Below are positions 48,556-58,749 of a DNA stretch of 64,000 nucleotides, in pieces. Position 1 is the first letter of the stretch, and each line of letters begins with the position of its first letter. The translations under genes and the position numbers were made by a program. The notes below the pieces were generated by a model. The model ran no database searches. It was not told the origin of the DNA and was given only the letters and a program-made list of their open reading frames with translations. This DNA is from Vulcanimicrobiota bacterium (GTDB lineage: Bacteria; Vulcanimicrobiota; Xenobia; Xenobiales; JADMJV01), in NCBI GenBank assembly GCA_050250895.1, contig JBFWNU010000001.1:1096008-1160007 (forward strand). The letters run 5' to 3'.

Positions 48556-49965
48556 ATGCTTGATCAGCATAGCGTAATTCCCGAACTCGGGCATACTTGG
48601 CAACAATGTCTGCAAGACCTTGATGCCAATTTAGACGTGAGGGCGCGATCAGCTATTCTGAACTCCGTACCACTGGAGGTGAAGGGGCAGCACCTGCGTA
48701 TCGGGGTTCACGGCAACTTTTCGCGAGACTTTCTCAACAGAAAGGCCTGTTTGGAAGCGGTTCGCTCTATCGTTCACCGGCGCACCCAGCGTCGTTTCGA
48801 AGTCGAATTCGTTTCCCTAGAGGGTGAACCTCCGGTCGAGACAGCAGCGCCAGTTCCTGGTGCAGTCCCCGCCGCGACGGCAAGCCCCAATCGTGAGGAG
48901 TCGGATAGCCAGTTCGACAGCATGTCCCCATCGAGCCATGCCTGTCTCAACCCTCGCTACACCTTCTCGACTTTTATTCGAGGCAATAGCAATAGCCTGG
49001 CGGCGGCCGCCGCTATGGCCGTGGCCGACCGGCCGGCGCGAGCCTACAACCCACTCTTCATCTATGGCGGAGTCGGGCTGGGCAAGACCCATTTGATGCA
49101 TGCGATCGGCCACGCCGTGCTCAGCGCGCGGAGTGATGCTCGTATCGTCTACATGTCGGCCGAACGCTTTACCAACGAGATGATCGATTCCATCTCGGAT
49201 GCAAAGATGAAGCGCTTCCGGCGAAACTATCGCAGCGTGGATGTACTGCTGGTCGATGATATCCAGTTTCTGGCCAACAAAGAGCGGACTCAGGAAGAGT
49301 TCTTCCATACTTTTAATGAGCTCCACGGCGCCAACAAACAGATCGTCATCTCCAGCGACCGCCCTCCGCGCCAAATCCCCACTCTGGAAGACCGACTCCG
49401 GTCGCGCTTCGAATGGGGAATGATAGCCGATATCCAGGCTCCCGACTTCGAGACTCGCGTAGCCATCCTTCGCAAGAAAGCCGAACAATGCGGTGCTCAT
49501 GTTCCCAACGACGTGGCCGAGCTATTGGCCGAACGGGTGCCTTCCAACATCCGTGAGCTGGAGGGGGCTTTAACGCGCCTGATGGCGATGAGTTCGCTTA
49601 ACCAGAAGGCCATCAACTTTGAGCTAGCGGAAGAGGCCTTACAGGGCATCCTGCCCGATTCAGCTCACCAGGTGCTCGACATCGGCACCATCCAGGAAGC
49701 AGTCTGCGATTACTTCAGCATTACCAAGAAGGACCTTCTGGGCAAACGGCGAGACCAGAAAGTCGTGCGCCCGCGTCAGTTGGCCATGTATCTCTGCAAA
49801 GAGATGACGGGGGCCTCGTACCCCGAGATCGGCGGAGAATTCGGCGGCAAGGACCACACCACGGTGATGCACGCTTGCCGCAAGATCGACGCCAATCTAG
49901 AGGATCATTACTATAAAACCAGCCTCGAGAACATCCGTAACCGACTCAAAGGACATACTCGCTAA
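48556..49965 (+). CDS. dnaA: chromosomal replication initiator DnaA
   Basis: YNPLFIYGGVGLGKTHL, LLVDDIQF, RELEGAL and GGKDHTTVMHA motifs. Confidence 0.98.
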   Translation: MLDQHSVIPELGHTWQQCLQDLDANLDVRARSAILNSVPLEVKGQHLRIGVHGNFSRDFLNRKACLEAVRSIVHRRTQRRFEVEFVSLEGEPPVETAAPVPGAVPAATASPNREESDSQFDSMSPSSHACLNPRYTFSTFIRGNSNSLAAAAAMAVADRPARAYNPLFIYGGVGLGKTHLMHAIGHAVLSARSDARIVYMSAERFTNEMIDSISDAKMKRFRRNYRSVDVLLVDDIQFLANKERTQEEFFHTFNELHGANKQIVISSDRPPRQIPTLEDRLRSRFEWGMIADIQAPDFETRVAILRKKAEQCGAHVPNDVAELLAERVPSNIRELEGALTRLMAMSSLNQKAINFELAEEALQGILPDSAHQVLDIGTIQEAVCDYFSITKKDLLGKRRDQKVVRPRQLAMYLCKEMTGASYPEIGGEFGGKDHTTVMHACRKIDANLEDHYYKTSLENIRNRLKGHTR

Positions 49966-49990
49966 GCTATCGTCCATCCGGTCGAACCTC

Positions 49991-50020
49991 AGCCCGAAGC
50001 CGCTCTTTGGCTTCGGGCTT
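49991..50020 (+). terminator. hairpin downstream of dnaA
   Basis: AGCCCGAAGCC-GCTCTTT-GGCTTCGGGCT followed by only a short T tail. Confidence 0.6.
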
Positions 50021-50039
50021 ATGTGCATGGGAAAGTCCA

Positions 50040-50275
50040 GAAAGCCTTTTCTGCCCGTGGAAAGCCTGGGGAAATTTTCTCAATCTGGAGTGGAAAATTA
50101 TTCACGAATTGAAAAATCCTCTGGACCATGTGGAAATGTGAATAATTTTCTTCAATTTTTGAACGGGCAGTCCACAGGGGATCGGAGCAGCAAAGTGTTG
50201 TCACGTCTTGAACTTGAAGGTTATTCACACACTCCACACCCCCTACTATAGACTACTAAGATCAATAAATAAAAC
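50040..50275. other. oriC part 2 with DnaA boxes, DnaA-trios and AT-rich unwinding element
   Basis: TGTGAATAA near 50137; TTATTCACA-CACTCCACA (50221-50238), CCCCC, TACTATAGACTACTAA trios, then an AT-rich tract. Confidence 0.88.
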
Positions 50276-50290
50276 ATGATGGAGGAAATC

Positions 50291-51448
50291 ATGAAGGTCG
50301 CATGTGAAAAAAAGATTCTCGAGGAGGCAGTCCAGGTTGCCAGTCGAGCCATCAACTCGAGAAGCCCTCTGCCGATCTTGAGTCATATCCTGATGGAAGC
50401 CCACGGAGATCGAATGGTCTTCACCGCAACGGACCTTGATCTCGGTGTTCAGATTCGCTTACCTGCTCAGGTAGAGGTCGAAGGTGCTCTAACCTGCCCG
50501 GCCAAGCTCCTCCAGGAAATCGTAACCCGCTTGCAGGCGGGCCTGGTGCATCTCGAATTGATCCGCGAAGGCCAGTTGATGCTCAAATGCGGCTCATCTC
50601 AATTCGAACTCTCGACTTTACCCGCCGAAGAGTTTCCCACCCTGCCTTCGGCCGAAGACGCGCCGGAGTTCGAATTGCCTCAGGCCACGATTCGCGAGAT
50701 GATTCGTCAGGTGGCGGTGGCTTCGGCTTCACCCAACGAAGAAGCCCGAGCGGTCATGACCGGCATTTTGACCCAGGTCGAGGCTGAACGTTTGACGATG
50801 GTGGCCACGGACGGACGTCGACTGGCCTGCATGCGCGAACCGCTCGAAAACCAGGGCGGCCGAGATGCGAAAGTGATCATCCCAGCCCGAGCGCTGCAAG
50901 AATTGACCCGCATTCTTGGCGATGAGCAGACGGTCGTGCTGGCCCGCATCGCTCAGGGGCAGGTGTTTTTCACGGTCAACGACGTGTCGCTCCACTGTCG
51001 GTTACTCGAAGGTAACTTCCCCGATTACAAAAAGGTGGTGCCCACCGAGTTCCAGCGCAGTTGCCGCATCGGTCGCGAGACCTTCCTGTCGGCCCTCAAG
51101 CGAATGTTGATCATGGCGCAAGAGAAACGCTCTCCCAACCTGATCAAACTCGAGTTCGAGTCCGATCATCTGTGGCTGTCGGCCAATACTCCTGACCTGG
51201 GTTCCGGCCGTGAGCAGGTGGATATCGTCTATCAGGGGGATCCGCTCCTGATTGCTTTCAATGGTCGCTACCTGGTGGACGTGCTCAACGTGCTCGAGTG
51301 CGAAGAGGTTCAGTTCGACCTGCAGGAAGAGACCCGTAGCGCCGTGCTCAAGCCTTTTGGAAGCGAAGCTTATGACTATGTGGTGATGCCGGTGAAACTT
51401 CGCGAGCCGGTCACGGAAAGTGGTGAGAGAGTGGCCGTGGGAGCGTGA
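50291..51448 (+). CDS. dnaN: DNA polymerase III beta sliding clamp
   Basis: ATDLDL, VATDGRRL, LLEGNFPDY and VVMPV motifs; GGAGG SD at 50281. Confidence 0.96.
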   Translation: MKVACEKKILEEAVQVASRAINSRSPLPILSHILMEAHGDRMVFTATDLDLGVQIRLPAQVEVEGALTCPAKLLQEIVTRLQAGLVHLELIREGQLMLKCGSSQFELSTLPAEEFPTLPSAEDAPEFELPQATIREMIRQVAVASASPNEEARAVMTGILTQVEAERLTMVATDGRRLACMREPLENQGGRDAKVIIPARALQELTRILGDEQTVVLARIAQGQVFFTVNDVSLHCRLLEGNFPDYKKVVPTEFQRSCRIGRETFLSALKRMLIMAQEKRSPNLIKLEFESDHLWLSANTPDLGSGREQVDIVYQGDPLLIAFNGRYLVDVLNVLECEEVQFDLQEETRSAVLKPFGSEAYDYVVMPVKLREPVTESGERVAVGA

Positions 51449-51516
51449 TCGAAGCCATGTTGCATTGTCAAAAGACCCATGCTATAGTAGGGGCGCTCAA
51501 ACTCCGGTATGGGTAG

Positions 51517-51540
51517 AAGAGTGGGTTTTCCCGCTCTTTT
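51517..51540 (+). promoter_or_regulatory. rimP leader hairpin / attenuator
   Basis: AAGAGTGGG-TTTT-CCCGCTCTT-TT, resembling the conserved hairpin seen upstream of rimP-nusA operons. Confidence 0.6.
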
Positions 51541-51616
51541 ATTATGACTGCCTTGTGAGGCGAAAGGGGCTACTCTTTCGCCTCCTGGTTATAAGGACCC
51601 GGGAGGAAAGATTTCA

Positions 51617-51883
51617 ATGTCCGGAGTCAGCGCGAGAACTTTGGAGAGGATCGAACAGGCGGCACAGGACCTGGCCAACGAGCTGGGCCTTCAAGTAGTG
51701 AGAGTCGAGTATCTGCGGGGGGACATCGGTTGGACGCTTAGCGTCGCCGTGACGGTCGCGGACGGGACAGTGGGCGTAGAGGACTGCGCCCGCCTGGCCC
51801 GACCCCTCTCAAAAAGACTTGACGAACTGGATTTGATTCAAGATCACTACTACCTGGAGGTTTGCTCTCCAGGAGCGGAATGA
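51617..51883 (+). CDS. rimP: ribosome maturation factor RimP, N-terminal domain only (88 aa)
   Basis: VGVEDCA...S..LD..D.I...Y.LEV.SPG motif; position upstream of nusA. Confidence 0.85.
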   Translation: MSGVSARTLERIEQAAQDLANELGLQVVRVEYLRGDIGWTLSVAVTVADGTVGVEDCARLARPLSKRLDELDLIQDHYYLEVCSPGAE

Positions 51884-51921
51884 AACCGTCCGGTGTTGCT
51901 GGGCTTGAGGAGGAATAGCAG

Positions 51922-53076
51922 ATGAATTCAGATTTTCTGAGCGCTCTACGACAGATCGAAAAAGAGCGAAACATCCCCCTGGATATTCTGCTCAAGGCGA
52001 TTGAGGACGCGCTGGTGGCCGCTTACAAACGCAATTTTGGCGCCAATCAGAACGTGATCATCGAGATTGACCGCCACACCGGAGAGCTGGGCATCTGGCA
52101 GCGTAAGCTGGTCGTGCCCGAGGTCGAAGACGACGATTTGGAAATGTCGTTGGCTGAGGCTCAGGGTTTGTCGCCGGAGGTCGAAGTGGGCATGGAACTC
52201 GACCTCGAGGTGCCTAACCGCACCTTCGGGCGCATCGCGGCTCAAACGGCTAAGCAGGTCATCGTGCAGCGCATTCGCGAGGCCGAGCGCGACATTATTT
52301 ACGGAGAGTTCATCAAGCGGGAGGGCGAGCTCATCAGTGGCACCGTGCAACGCTACGAACACCGCAATGTGCTGGTCGACCTGGGTCGGGCCGAGGGTGT
52401 CGTGCCGGTCTCTGAGCAGGCTCAGAACGAGTGGTTTCGCCACGGCGACCGCATCAAGTGCTATGTGATGGAAGTCAAGACCGCCACTCGCGGTCCCCAG
52501 GTGGTTCTCTCTCGCGCTCAACCTGGATTTTTGAAGAAGCTTTTTGAGCTGGAGGTGCCCGAGATTCGTCAGGGCATCATCCAGGTCAAAGCCGTGGTTC
52601 GTGAAGCGGGTTTTCGCTCCAAGATCGCGGTGAAGTCGCTGGACAATTCGGTCGACCCGGTCGGTGCCTGCGTAGGCCCGAAGGGCAGCCGCGTGCAGGC
52701 TGTGGTCGACGAGTTGCGAGGCGAGAAAATCGATGTCATTCCCTGGTCGGACGACCCGATCAATTTCGTGGCCAATAGCCTCCAGCCGGCTCGCGTCTCG
52801 CGGGTGACCCTGTATGAAGACGACGCTTCGGCGGTAGTGGTGGTTCCCGACAATCAACTGTCGCTTGCCATCGGTCGCGAAGGGCAGAACGCTCGCCTGG
52901 CCGCCAAGTTGACGGGCTGGAAGATCGACATCAAGAGTGAAGCGCAAATGCGCGACATTATGGAAAGAGAAGCTCGTCGGGCTGAGGAAAATCAAGCCCC
53001 AGAACCGGCGGCTGAAGAAGAAGTTCCGGTAGCGAATGTCGCCGCTGGTGGCGAGGAGCTCAAAAAAGAGGATTGA
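51922..53076 (+). CDS. nusA: transcription factor NusA
   Basis: FGRIAAQTAKQ, S1 domain, GACVGPKGSRV and SLAIGREGQNARLA (KH domains). Confidence 0.97.
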   Translation: MNSDFLSALRQIEKERNIPLDILLKAIEDALVAAYKRNFGANQNVIIEIDRHTGELGIWQRKLVVPEVEDDDLEMSLAEAQGLSPEVEVGMELDLEVPNRTFGRIAAQTAKQVIVQRIREAERDIIYGEFIKREGELISGTVQRYEHRNVLVDLGRAEGVVPVSEQAQNEWFRHGDRIKCYVMEVKTATRGPQVVLSRAQPGFLKKLFELEVPEIRQGIIQVKAVVREAGFRSKIAVKSLDNSVDPVGACVGPKGSRVQAVVDELRGEKIDVIPWSDDPINFVANSLQPARVSRVTLYEDDASAVVVVPDNQLSLAIGREGQNARLAAKLTGWKIDIKSEAQMRDIMEREARRAEENQAPEPAAEEEVPVANVAAGGEELKKED

Positions 53077-53178
53077 CTCTGATAACGAGGAAATCGTGGC
53101 CATATTTGGGCACACTATTTCACCCAGCCCTGCCCTCTGGCCCTATTACCCGGTTGGCTTGAAGGAGGGCTTTGTGCG

Positions 53179-53448
53179 TTGAGGGAACGACACGTTCCCC
53201 TCAGGATGTGTGTGGTCTGTCGTGACCTTAAACCTCGTGAGGAGCTTTTTCGGTGCGTTAGGCAGAAAGGGACGCAGCAGATAGAACCTGACCCGGACAA
53301 GATGCTTGCCGGCAAAGGAGTTTACTTCTGCCGTCGGTCTGAATGTCTGGCTCGGCTCAAAAAGGAGCGGCGGCTTCGGCGCCTGTTCCTCGAGAGGTTG
53401 AGGGCCGGAACCATGGACTGGATGGAAGCAGAACTAAGCGGCGAATAA
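53179..53448 (+). CDS. ylxR: YlxR/RnpM (DUF448) RNA-binding protein
   Basis: PLRMCVVCR...K.ELFR...GKGVYFC...C motif; sits between nusA and infB. Confidence 0.88.
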   Translation: MRERHVPLRMCVVCRDLKPREELFRCVRQKGTQQIEPDPDKMLAGKGVYFCRRSECLARLKKERRLRRLFLERLRAGTMDWMEAELSGE

Positions 53449-53462
53449 GGATGTGGTAATTT

Positions 53463-56102
53463 ATGGGCAAAGTTAGAGTATATGAGTTAGCCCGAGAGCT
53501 TGGAATGGAAGACAGCAAGCACCTGATGCGGATTATCCGAGATATGGGCATCAAGGTGAAGACTGCATCCAGTGGCCTCTCAGCTGATGCCGTTCGCAAG
53601 ATTCGTGAGGTGGTAGCCCCGCATATCGAGCAAGCTCGCCGCGACGCGGAAGAGAAGCAGAAGCAAGCCGAGCAAGCCAAGGCCAAGCAGGCAGCCGAGC
53701 AGGTCAAACCAAGTCGCGTGGTGCGTATTGTCAAACGCGCTTCGGATGCTCAGAAAGAGGCTATCCTCGAGCGGCATCGACGCAAGATGGCTGGCGAGAC
53801 CCCGACCGCCAGCGTTCAAGAGGTCATGCAGACGGCTTCCGAGCCGATTCCCGAGCCGGTGGTGGAGGAAGCTCCCCCGGTGGTCGAGGAGACGGTCGAA
53901 ATGCCGGCTCTAGAGAGCGAGGTTCCGGCCGAAGAAACGGCGCCCGTCACCGTAGAGATGCCGGCCGTCGAAGAACAGATTCCGGCCTCGGTGGCTGCCA
54001 AGGCAACCGAGGCTTCCAAAGCCGAAGCCGAACGTGCTCGGGCCCTTCCCCCTGATCAGGCCATCGCCATTCAGTATCGCGAGCAGAGCCCTCGACCGGC
54101 CCCTCCGGTCACAGCGCCTGCTCCGCCGCCGACCAAGAAATCGGCCCCAGCCGCCAAGACGGGCGAACGCGATCGTCGCACCGGCACCACCGCTGCCGGC
54201 GCGCCGGGCACGGCCAAGCGAGGGGGCGGTCGCACGCGAGAGATTACTCAGCAGAGCCGTGGTCCCCGTCGGCACAATTTCCGCCAGATGCGAGGCAGCG
54301 CGAAGAAGCGTCGCAGACATCGTCGTCGCAACGAGGACAGGATAGATCGTCGTAAGTCCATCGAGATCCCTGAAATGATCTCGGTGGGTGACCTGGCCTC
54401 GCGGATGGAAGTTCCTGCTAGCGATGTCATCAAGTACTTGCTCAAGCAAGGCCAGATGGTGACCATCAATCAGGGTCTCGATTACGATACGGCCTCGAGC
54501 ATCATCGAGAGCTATGGTTTTGATGTGGCCGAGGCCGAGGACGAACTGCCGGATCTCGAGTTGCTCGAAGAAGAGGTGGACGAGAACCTTCAGGGTCGAC
54601 CGCCGGTGATTACCGTTCTGGGTCACGTTGACCACGGTAAGACTTCGTTGCTCGACGCCATCCGCGAGACCAACGTGACGGCCGGTGAGGCGGGTGGTAT
54701 CACCCAGCGCATCGGCGCTTACCAGGTCGAGTATGGTGACAAGATCATCACCTTCATCGATACCCCTGGTCACGAGGCTTTCACCGAAATGCGCGCTCGC
54801 GGCGCTCAGGTTACCGACATCGCGGTGTTGGTGGTGGCCGCCGACGACGGCGTGATGCCGCAGACGATCGAGGCCATCAACCACGTCAAGGCAGCCGGTG
54901 TGCCCATCGTGGTGGCCATGAACAAGATCGACAAGCCCCAGACCAATCCTGACCGTGTGATGCAGCAACTGGCGGAGCACAACCTGGTGGTCGAGGCCTG
55001 GGGCGGCGACGTGCCCTGCGTACCGGTTTCGGCCTTGCAGAAGATCGGCATTGACGAGTTGCTCGAGATCTTGACTTTGTTGGCCGACATTCAAGAGTTG
55101 ACCGCTAATCCTGACCGCGATGCCGAAGGCATCATCATCGAGGCGGGCCTTAGTAAGGGTCTGGGCCCGGTGGCTACGGTGTTGGTGAAAAACGGCACTC
55201 TGTGTGTGGGCGACACGATTGTGGTCGGCGACACCTGGGGTCGGGTGCGCGGGCTGCTCGATGAGAATGGCGAGCGGATCGAAGAGGCCGGCCCGTCTAC
55301 CCCGGCCGAGATCGTCGGGTTGTCCGACGTCCCGGATGCCGGTGACCGACTGGTGGTGGTCGACGACGAGAAGATGGCCCGTCAGGTGTCTGAGGCCCGC
55401 ACAGAGAAGTCTCGGCGGACGCGCATCAAAGGCAGTGGCCGAACCACCCTCGAGGATCTCTTCGCCGGCATCAGCCAGGGCGAGCAGAAAGAACTTCGTC
55501 TGCTGATCAAGGCCGATGGCCACGGGAGTGTCGAGGCGCTCGGTCAGTCGCTCGAGAAGCTCACCACCGACGAGGTTCGTGTATCGATCGTGCACTCGGC
55601 CGTGGGAGCTATCTCGGAATCCGACGTGATGCTGGCTAGTGCATCCGATGCGATCATCATTGGCTTCAACGTGCGTCCGGCCACAGCCGTCAAACGTCTA
55701 GCCGATCAAGAGCAGGTCGAGATGCGGCTCTATACCGTCATCTATCACGCTCTCGAAGAGGTCAAGAAGGCGATGGCCGGTTTGCTGGCCCCCGAGATTC
55801 AAGAGGTCGAACTGGGCAAAGTCGAGATTCGTCAGGTCTTCAAGATCTCGAAGACCGGCCGCGTAGCCGGCTGTATGGTGATCGAGGGCAAAGTGACCCG
55901 CGACGCCAACGTCAGGCTTGTGCGCGACGGCATCTTGATCTACGACGGCAAACTCGATTCGCTCCGTCGCTTCAAGGACGATGTCCGCGAGGTGACCGAA
56001 GGCTACGAATGCGGTCTGACGATCGAGAACTATGCGGACATTCAGGAAGGCGATATCCTCGAGGCCTACAAGAAGGAATCCATCGCTAGAGAGTCCATCT
56101 GA
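53463..56102 (+). CDS. infB: translation initiation factor IF-2
   Basis: [24 protein letters not shown] and NKID motifs. Confidence 0.98.
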   Translation: MGKVRVYELARELGMEDSKHLMRIIRDMGIKVKTASSGLSADAVRKIREVVAPHIEQARRDAEEKQKQAEQAKAKQAAEQVKPSRVVRIVKRASDAQKEAILERHRRKMAGETPTASVQEVMQTASEPIPEPVVEEAPPVVEETVEMPALESEVPAEETAPVTVEMPAVEEQIPASVAAKATEASKAEAERARALPPDQAIAIQYREQSPRPAPPVTAPAPPPTKKSAPAAKTGERDRRTGTTAAGAPGTAKRGGGRTREITQQSRGPRRHNFRQMRGSAKKRRRHRRRNEDRIDRRKSIEIPEMISVGDLASRMEVPASDVIKYLLKQGQMVTINQGLDYDTASSIIESYGFDVAEAEDELPDLELLEEEVDENLQGRPPVITVLGHVDHGKTSLLDAIRETNVTAGEAGGITQRIGAYQVEYGDKIITFIDTPGHEAFTEMRARGAQVTDIAVLVVAADDGVMPQTIEAINHVKAAGVPIVVAMNKIDKPQTNPDRVMQQLAEHNLVVEAWGGDVPCVPVSALQKIGIDELLEILTLLADIQELTANPDRDAEGIIIEAGLSKGLGPVATVLVKNGTLCVGDTIVVGDTWGRVRGLLDENGERIEEAGPSTPAEIVGLSDVPDAGDRLVVVDDEKMARQVSEARTEKSRRTRIKGSGRTTLEDLFAGISQGEQKELRLLIKADGHGSVEALGQSLEKLTTDEVRVSIVHSAVGAISESDVMLASASDAIIIGFNVRPATAVKRLADQEQVEMRLYTVIYHALEEVKKAMAGLLAPEIQEVELGKVEIRQVFKISKTGRVAGCMVIEGKVTRDANVRLVRDGILIYDGKLDSLRRFKDDVREVTEGYECGLTIENYADIQEGDILEAYKKESIARESI

Positions 56103-56491
56103 TGGCCCGCAATCGAAGGATGGAGCGCGTCGAGGACCTGCTTCGCGAAGTGATCGCGGATAAACTACGCGATGTTCGCGAGCCAGCTCTGCATGCCGAC
56201 GATGTGCTGGTGACGGTCACCCGGGTGGTCGTCACCAGCGATCTGAGCTATGCCCGCGTCGGGATCAGCGTCATGGGCAGCAGCCAGCGCCAGGCTGAGG
56301 TGATGGACGGCCTCGAGCGTGCGGCCGGTTTCATTCGCCGCGAGGTCAATCGTGAGGTCAGACTACGCAAAGTGCCCGAGCTTCGCTTTGAATTAGACGA
56401 ATCGCTCGAGCACGGTAGTCAGATGCTGCAGATGCTAAAAGAAGTCTCGGCCAAGCTGCCTGAGGAAGAAGAATCGGAATCTATCGGATGA
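56102..56491 (+). CDS. rbfA: ribosome-binding factor A
   Basis: VTVT.V.VTSDLSYARV and LRKVPELRF.LD motifs. Confidence 0.94.
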   Translation: MARNRRMERVEDLLREVIADKLRDVREPALHADDVLVTVTRVVVTSDLSYARVGISVMGSSQRQAEVMDGLERAAGFIRREVNREVRLRKVPELRFELDESLEHGSQMLQMLKEVSAKLPEEEESESIG

Positions 56492-56879
56492 GGCCGTAGA
56501 CGGCACCGACGGCACCGCCCACGACGGCCCCTACGGCCATGCCGCCAAACCCCCCGATGGTGGAGCCGCCGTGGAGGAATTTCTCTTCCGCCAGGCCGAC
56601 GGCCAGGCCGACTACGGCTCCCCCGATTTGGCCCGGCAGACCCAGCGAAGAACCCACGCGCATACCCATATAGCCAGCGCCTGCCACCGCGCCGATCTTA
56701 CCGGCCAGGGCACCCACGACAGTGCCGAAGCCAGCGCCGATGGTCGCTCCCGCGACGGCTCCTTCTTTGACAGTGAGGTTGGCGGGAGTAAAGCGGTCGG
56801 CGGCCGGGCCCTGGGGGCTCGGCGCCTGGTTGCCAGCCCGGTAGGTCTGGGTGGGAAGATATGCGCTGCGAATCTGCAT
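56481..56879 (-). CDS. small glycine-zipper membrane protein
   Basis: Repeated GxxxG hydrophobic helices; GGAGG SD upstream. Confidence 0.7.
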   Translation of the reverse strand: MQIRSAYLPTQTYRAGNQAPSPQGPAADRFTPANLTVKEGAVAGATIGAGFGTVVGALAGKIGAVAGAGYMGMRVGSSLGLPGQIGGAVVGLAVGLAEEKFLHGGSTIGGFGGMAVGAVVGGAVGAVYGLIR

Positions 56880-57022
56880 AGGTTGATGGTCCTCCGTTGA
56901 TTCGGCCTCAGAATCCCATGGTGATGGGTGGGGGTGATTGAGAGGATGTTAACAGTCCGACTCTGCGGGGCTGGTTTTGGCGTTTGGAACTTAGGGTAAT
57001 CCCTAGAGACGGAGCTTAGAGT

Positions 57023-58096
57023 ATGAGTAAAGTTGCTTATGACAAGAGTCTGGTCCCCGGTGCCAGGAATGCGATCGAGGTCTGTCTGGGAGTCACCCCG
57101 GAGCAGCCGGTCTACATCTTGACTGATCGCCAGACCGCCACGGTGGGGAGCGCGCTTTTTGACGCTGTCGAGAAGATCAAAGCACCGGTGCGGCTAGAGG
57201 TGCTCGAGGAGCATGTCGACCGACCGGCCACCCGTTTGCCCGATTCGATCATGAAGCCGCTCGACGACTGCCGAGTCTGCCTTTATTGTGTGCAGCCCCT
57301 GCCCGGCGAACTGCCGTCGCGCCAACAGTTCGTCTATCGTATCGAAGAACTGGGCATTCGCTACGCTCATATGGTGGGCATCACTGAGGCCATCATGTGT
57401 CAGGGCATGCGGGCCGATTTTCGGAAGGTCGACGAGGTCAGTCGCCGTCTGCTCGAGAAAGCCAAAAAGGCCAAGCATATCGAGGTTCGCAGCCGCTGTG
57501 GCACCGATGTAGTGGCAACCTTCAGTCCTGATCGGATTTGGCGCAAGACCAGCGGAATCATCGAGGAGGTCTGGTCTAACCTGCCTGGTGGAGAGATCTT
57601 TACTGCTCCCATGTCAGTGGACGGCGTGTTCGTGGTGGATGGAAGCGTCGGCGACCATTTCAGCGCCAAGTACGGGGTGCTCGACAAGACTCCGATGACG
57701 CTCGAGCTCGAAGGGGGCTATCTCAAGAAAGTGAGTTGCGCCAACAAGGCGCTAGAGCGCGAGTTCTGGGACTATTGTCACACGGCCCTGGGTTCGGACC
57801 GAGTGGGCGAGTTCGCCATCGGAACCAATCTGGCCGTGTTCGAATTTACCGGTAATCTACTTCAAGATGAGAAGATGCCGGGCGTGCACATCGCTTTCGG
57901 TGACCCCTACGGCAGCCAGACGGGCGCGGACTGGTCGTGTCCGACCCACGTCGATGTGATTACCGGTACCTGTGATGTCTGGATCGACGGCTTCCAGGTG
58001 ATGGAACACGGAATCTTCCTGGCCGACCAACTGGACTTCGACTATTCTTACCTGGCCGAAGACCCGTCGGTGGCGGTCTCTACCAACGGTCGTTAG
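57023..58096 (+). CDS. M29 (thermophilic/AmpS-like) aminopeptidase
   Basis: NLPGGEIF, GEFAIGTN, DEK..GVHIAFG and H.D motifs. Confidence 0.88.
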   Translation: MSKVAYDKSLVPGARNAIEVCLGVTPEQPVYILTDRQTATVGSALFDAVEKIKAPVRLEVLEEHVDRPATRLPDSIMKPLDDCRVCLYCVQPLPGELPSRQQFVYRIEELGIRYAHMVGITEAIMCQGMRADFRKVDEVSRRLLEKAKKAKHIEVRSRCGTDVVATFSPDRIWRKTSGIIEEVWSNLPGGEIFTAPMSVDGVFVVDGSVGDHFSAKYGVLDKTPMTLELEGGYLKKVSCANKALEREFWDYCHTALGSDRVGEFAIGTNLAVFEFTGNLLQDEKMPGVHIAFGDPYGSQTGADWSCPTHVDVITGTCDVWIDGFQVMEHGIFLADQLDFDYSYLAEDPSVAVSTNGR

Positions 58097-58615
58097 TTAG
58101 CCGATCGTTCCGTTCTTACTGGCAGACGAGCCTTCCGAGGCTCGTCTTCTCCAGGCACGATAAATCGTGGTGATGCCGACTCGGAGACCGAATTTGTCCA
58201 GGATCTCTTTTTGCACTTCCTGGACCGAGGCCAGGCCCTGGCGCGAGCAGCAATAGTCGGCAACCGGCCCGACAAAGCGGCGACCGGGTCCAAGCGAGCC
58301 GGGTTCACGCATGCGTTTGGGCTTGGGCTTGTTGGCCCCTTTGGCGCGACGCCGCCTTTCCAGGTGGGCGTCATAGCACGAGCGGCTGCAGTAGCGGCGC
58401 CCTACAGCTTTCGGCATGAATTCTTGCTGGCAGCCTACACAGATCTGCAGCTCGAGTGGTCGTGACTCTTCGGGTGACACGCGCTGGATGGACCAGGAAT
58501 CCGCGACACCCGGATCGTTCAGTAGTAGATCAACGATTTTTTGGGCTAACTCTGGTGGGGTCTTGCTCATCTCAAAACCTATATTCGCTAGAAAATATTT
58601 CAATTCCTTTCGCAA
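58097..58615 (-). CDS. hypothetical Zn-finger + HTH DNA-binding protein
   Basis: CVGC...YCSRSC motif and C-terminal EILDKFGLRVGITTIYRAWRR HTH-like segment; start uncertain. Confidence 0.6.
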   Translation of the reverse strand: MRKELKYFLANIGFEMSKTPPELAQKIVDLLLNDPGVADSWSIQRVSPEESRPLELQICVGCQQEFMPKAVGRRYCSRSCYDAHLERRRRAKGANKPKPKRMREPGSLGPGRRFVGPVADYCCSRQGLASVQEVQKEILDKFGLRVGITTIYRAWRRRASEGSSASKNGTIG

Positions 58616-58705
58616 TTTTTGTTTCCTTTAAAACTTTCTTTGGTTAGCAGAAACCGCGCCATTCTTACCCACTTCGTCCCACTAATCACCACAATTAATG
58701 TTTGA

Positions 58706-58749
58706 ATCTCCACATTTAGCTGTGGATAAAGCCGTGGATATGTGGATAA
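58706..58749. promoter_or_regulatory. DnaA-box cluster outside oriC
   Basis: TGTGGATAA at 58721 and 58741 (perfect), CGTGGATAT at 58733, ATCTCCACA at 58706; AT-rich tract nearby. Confidence 0.82.

Noticed and set aside
53910-55595. Long antisense ORFs (also 15181-16515, 51946-53115, 5805-6959 and others)
   Set aside because: Shadow frames of well-identified genes, expected at high GC3; no motifs of their own
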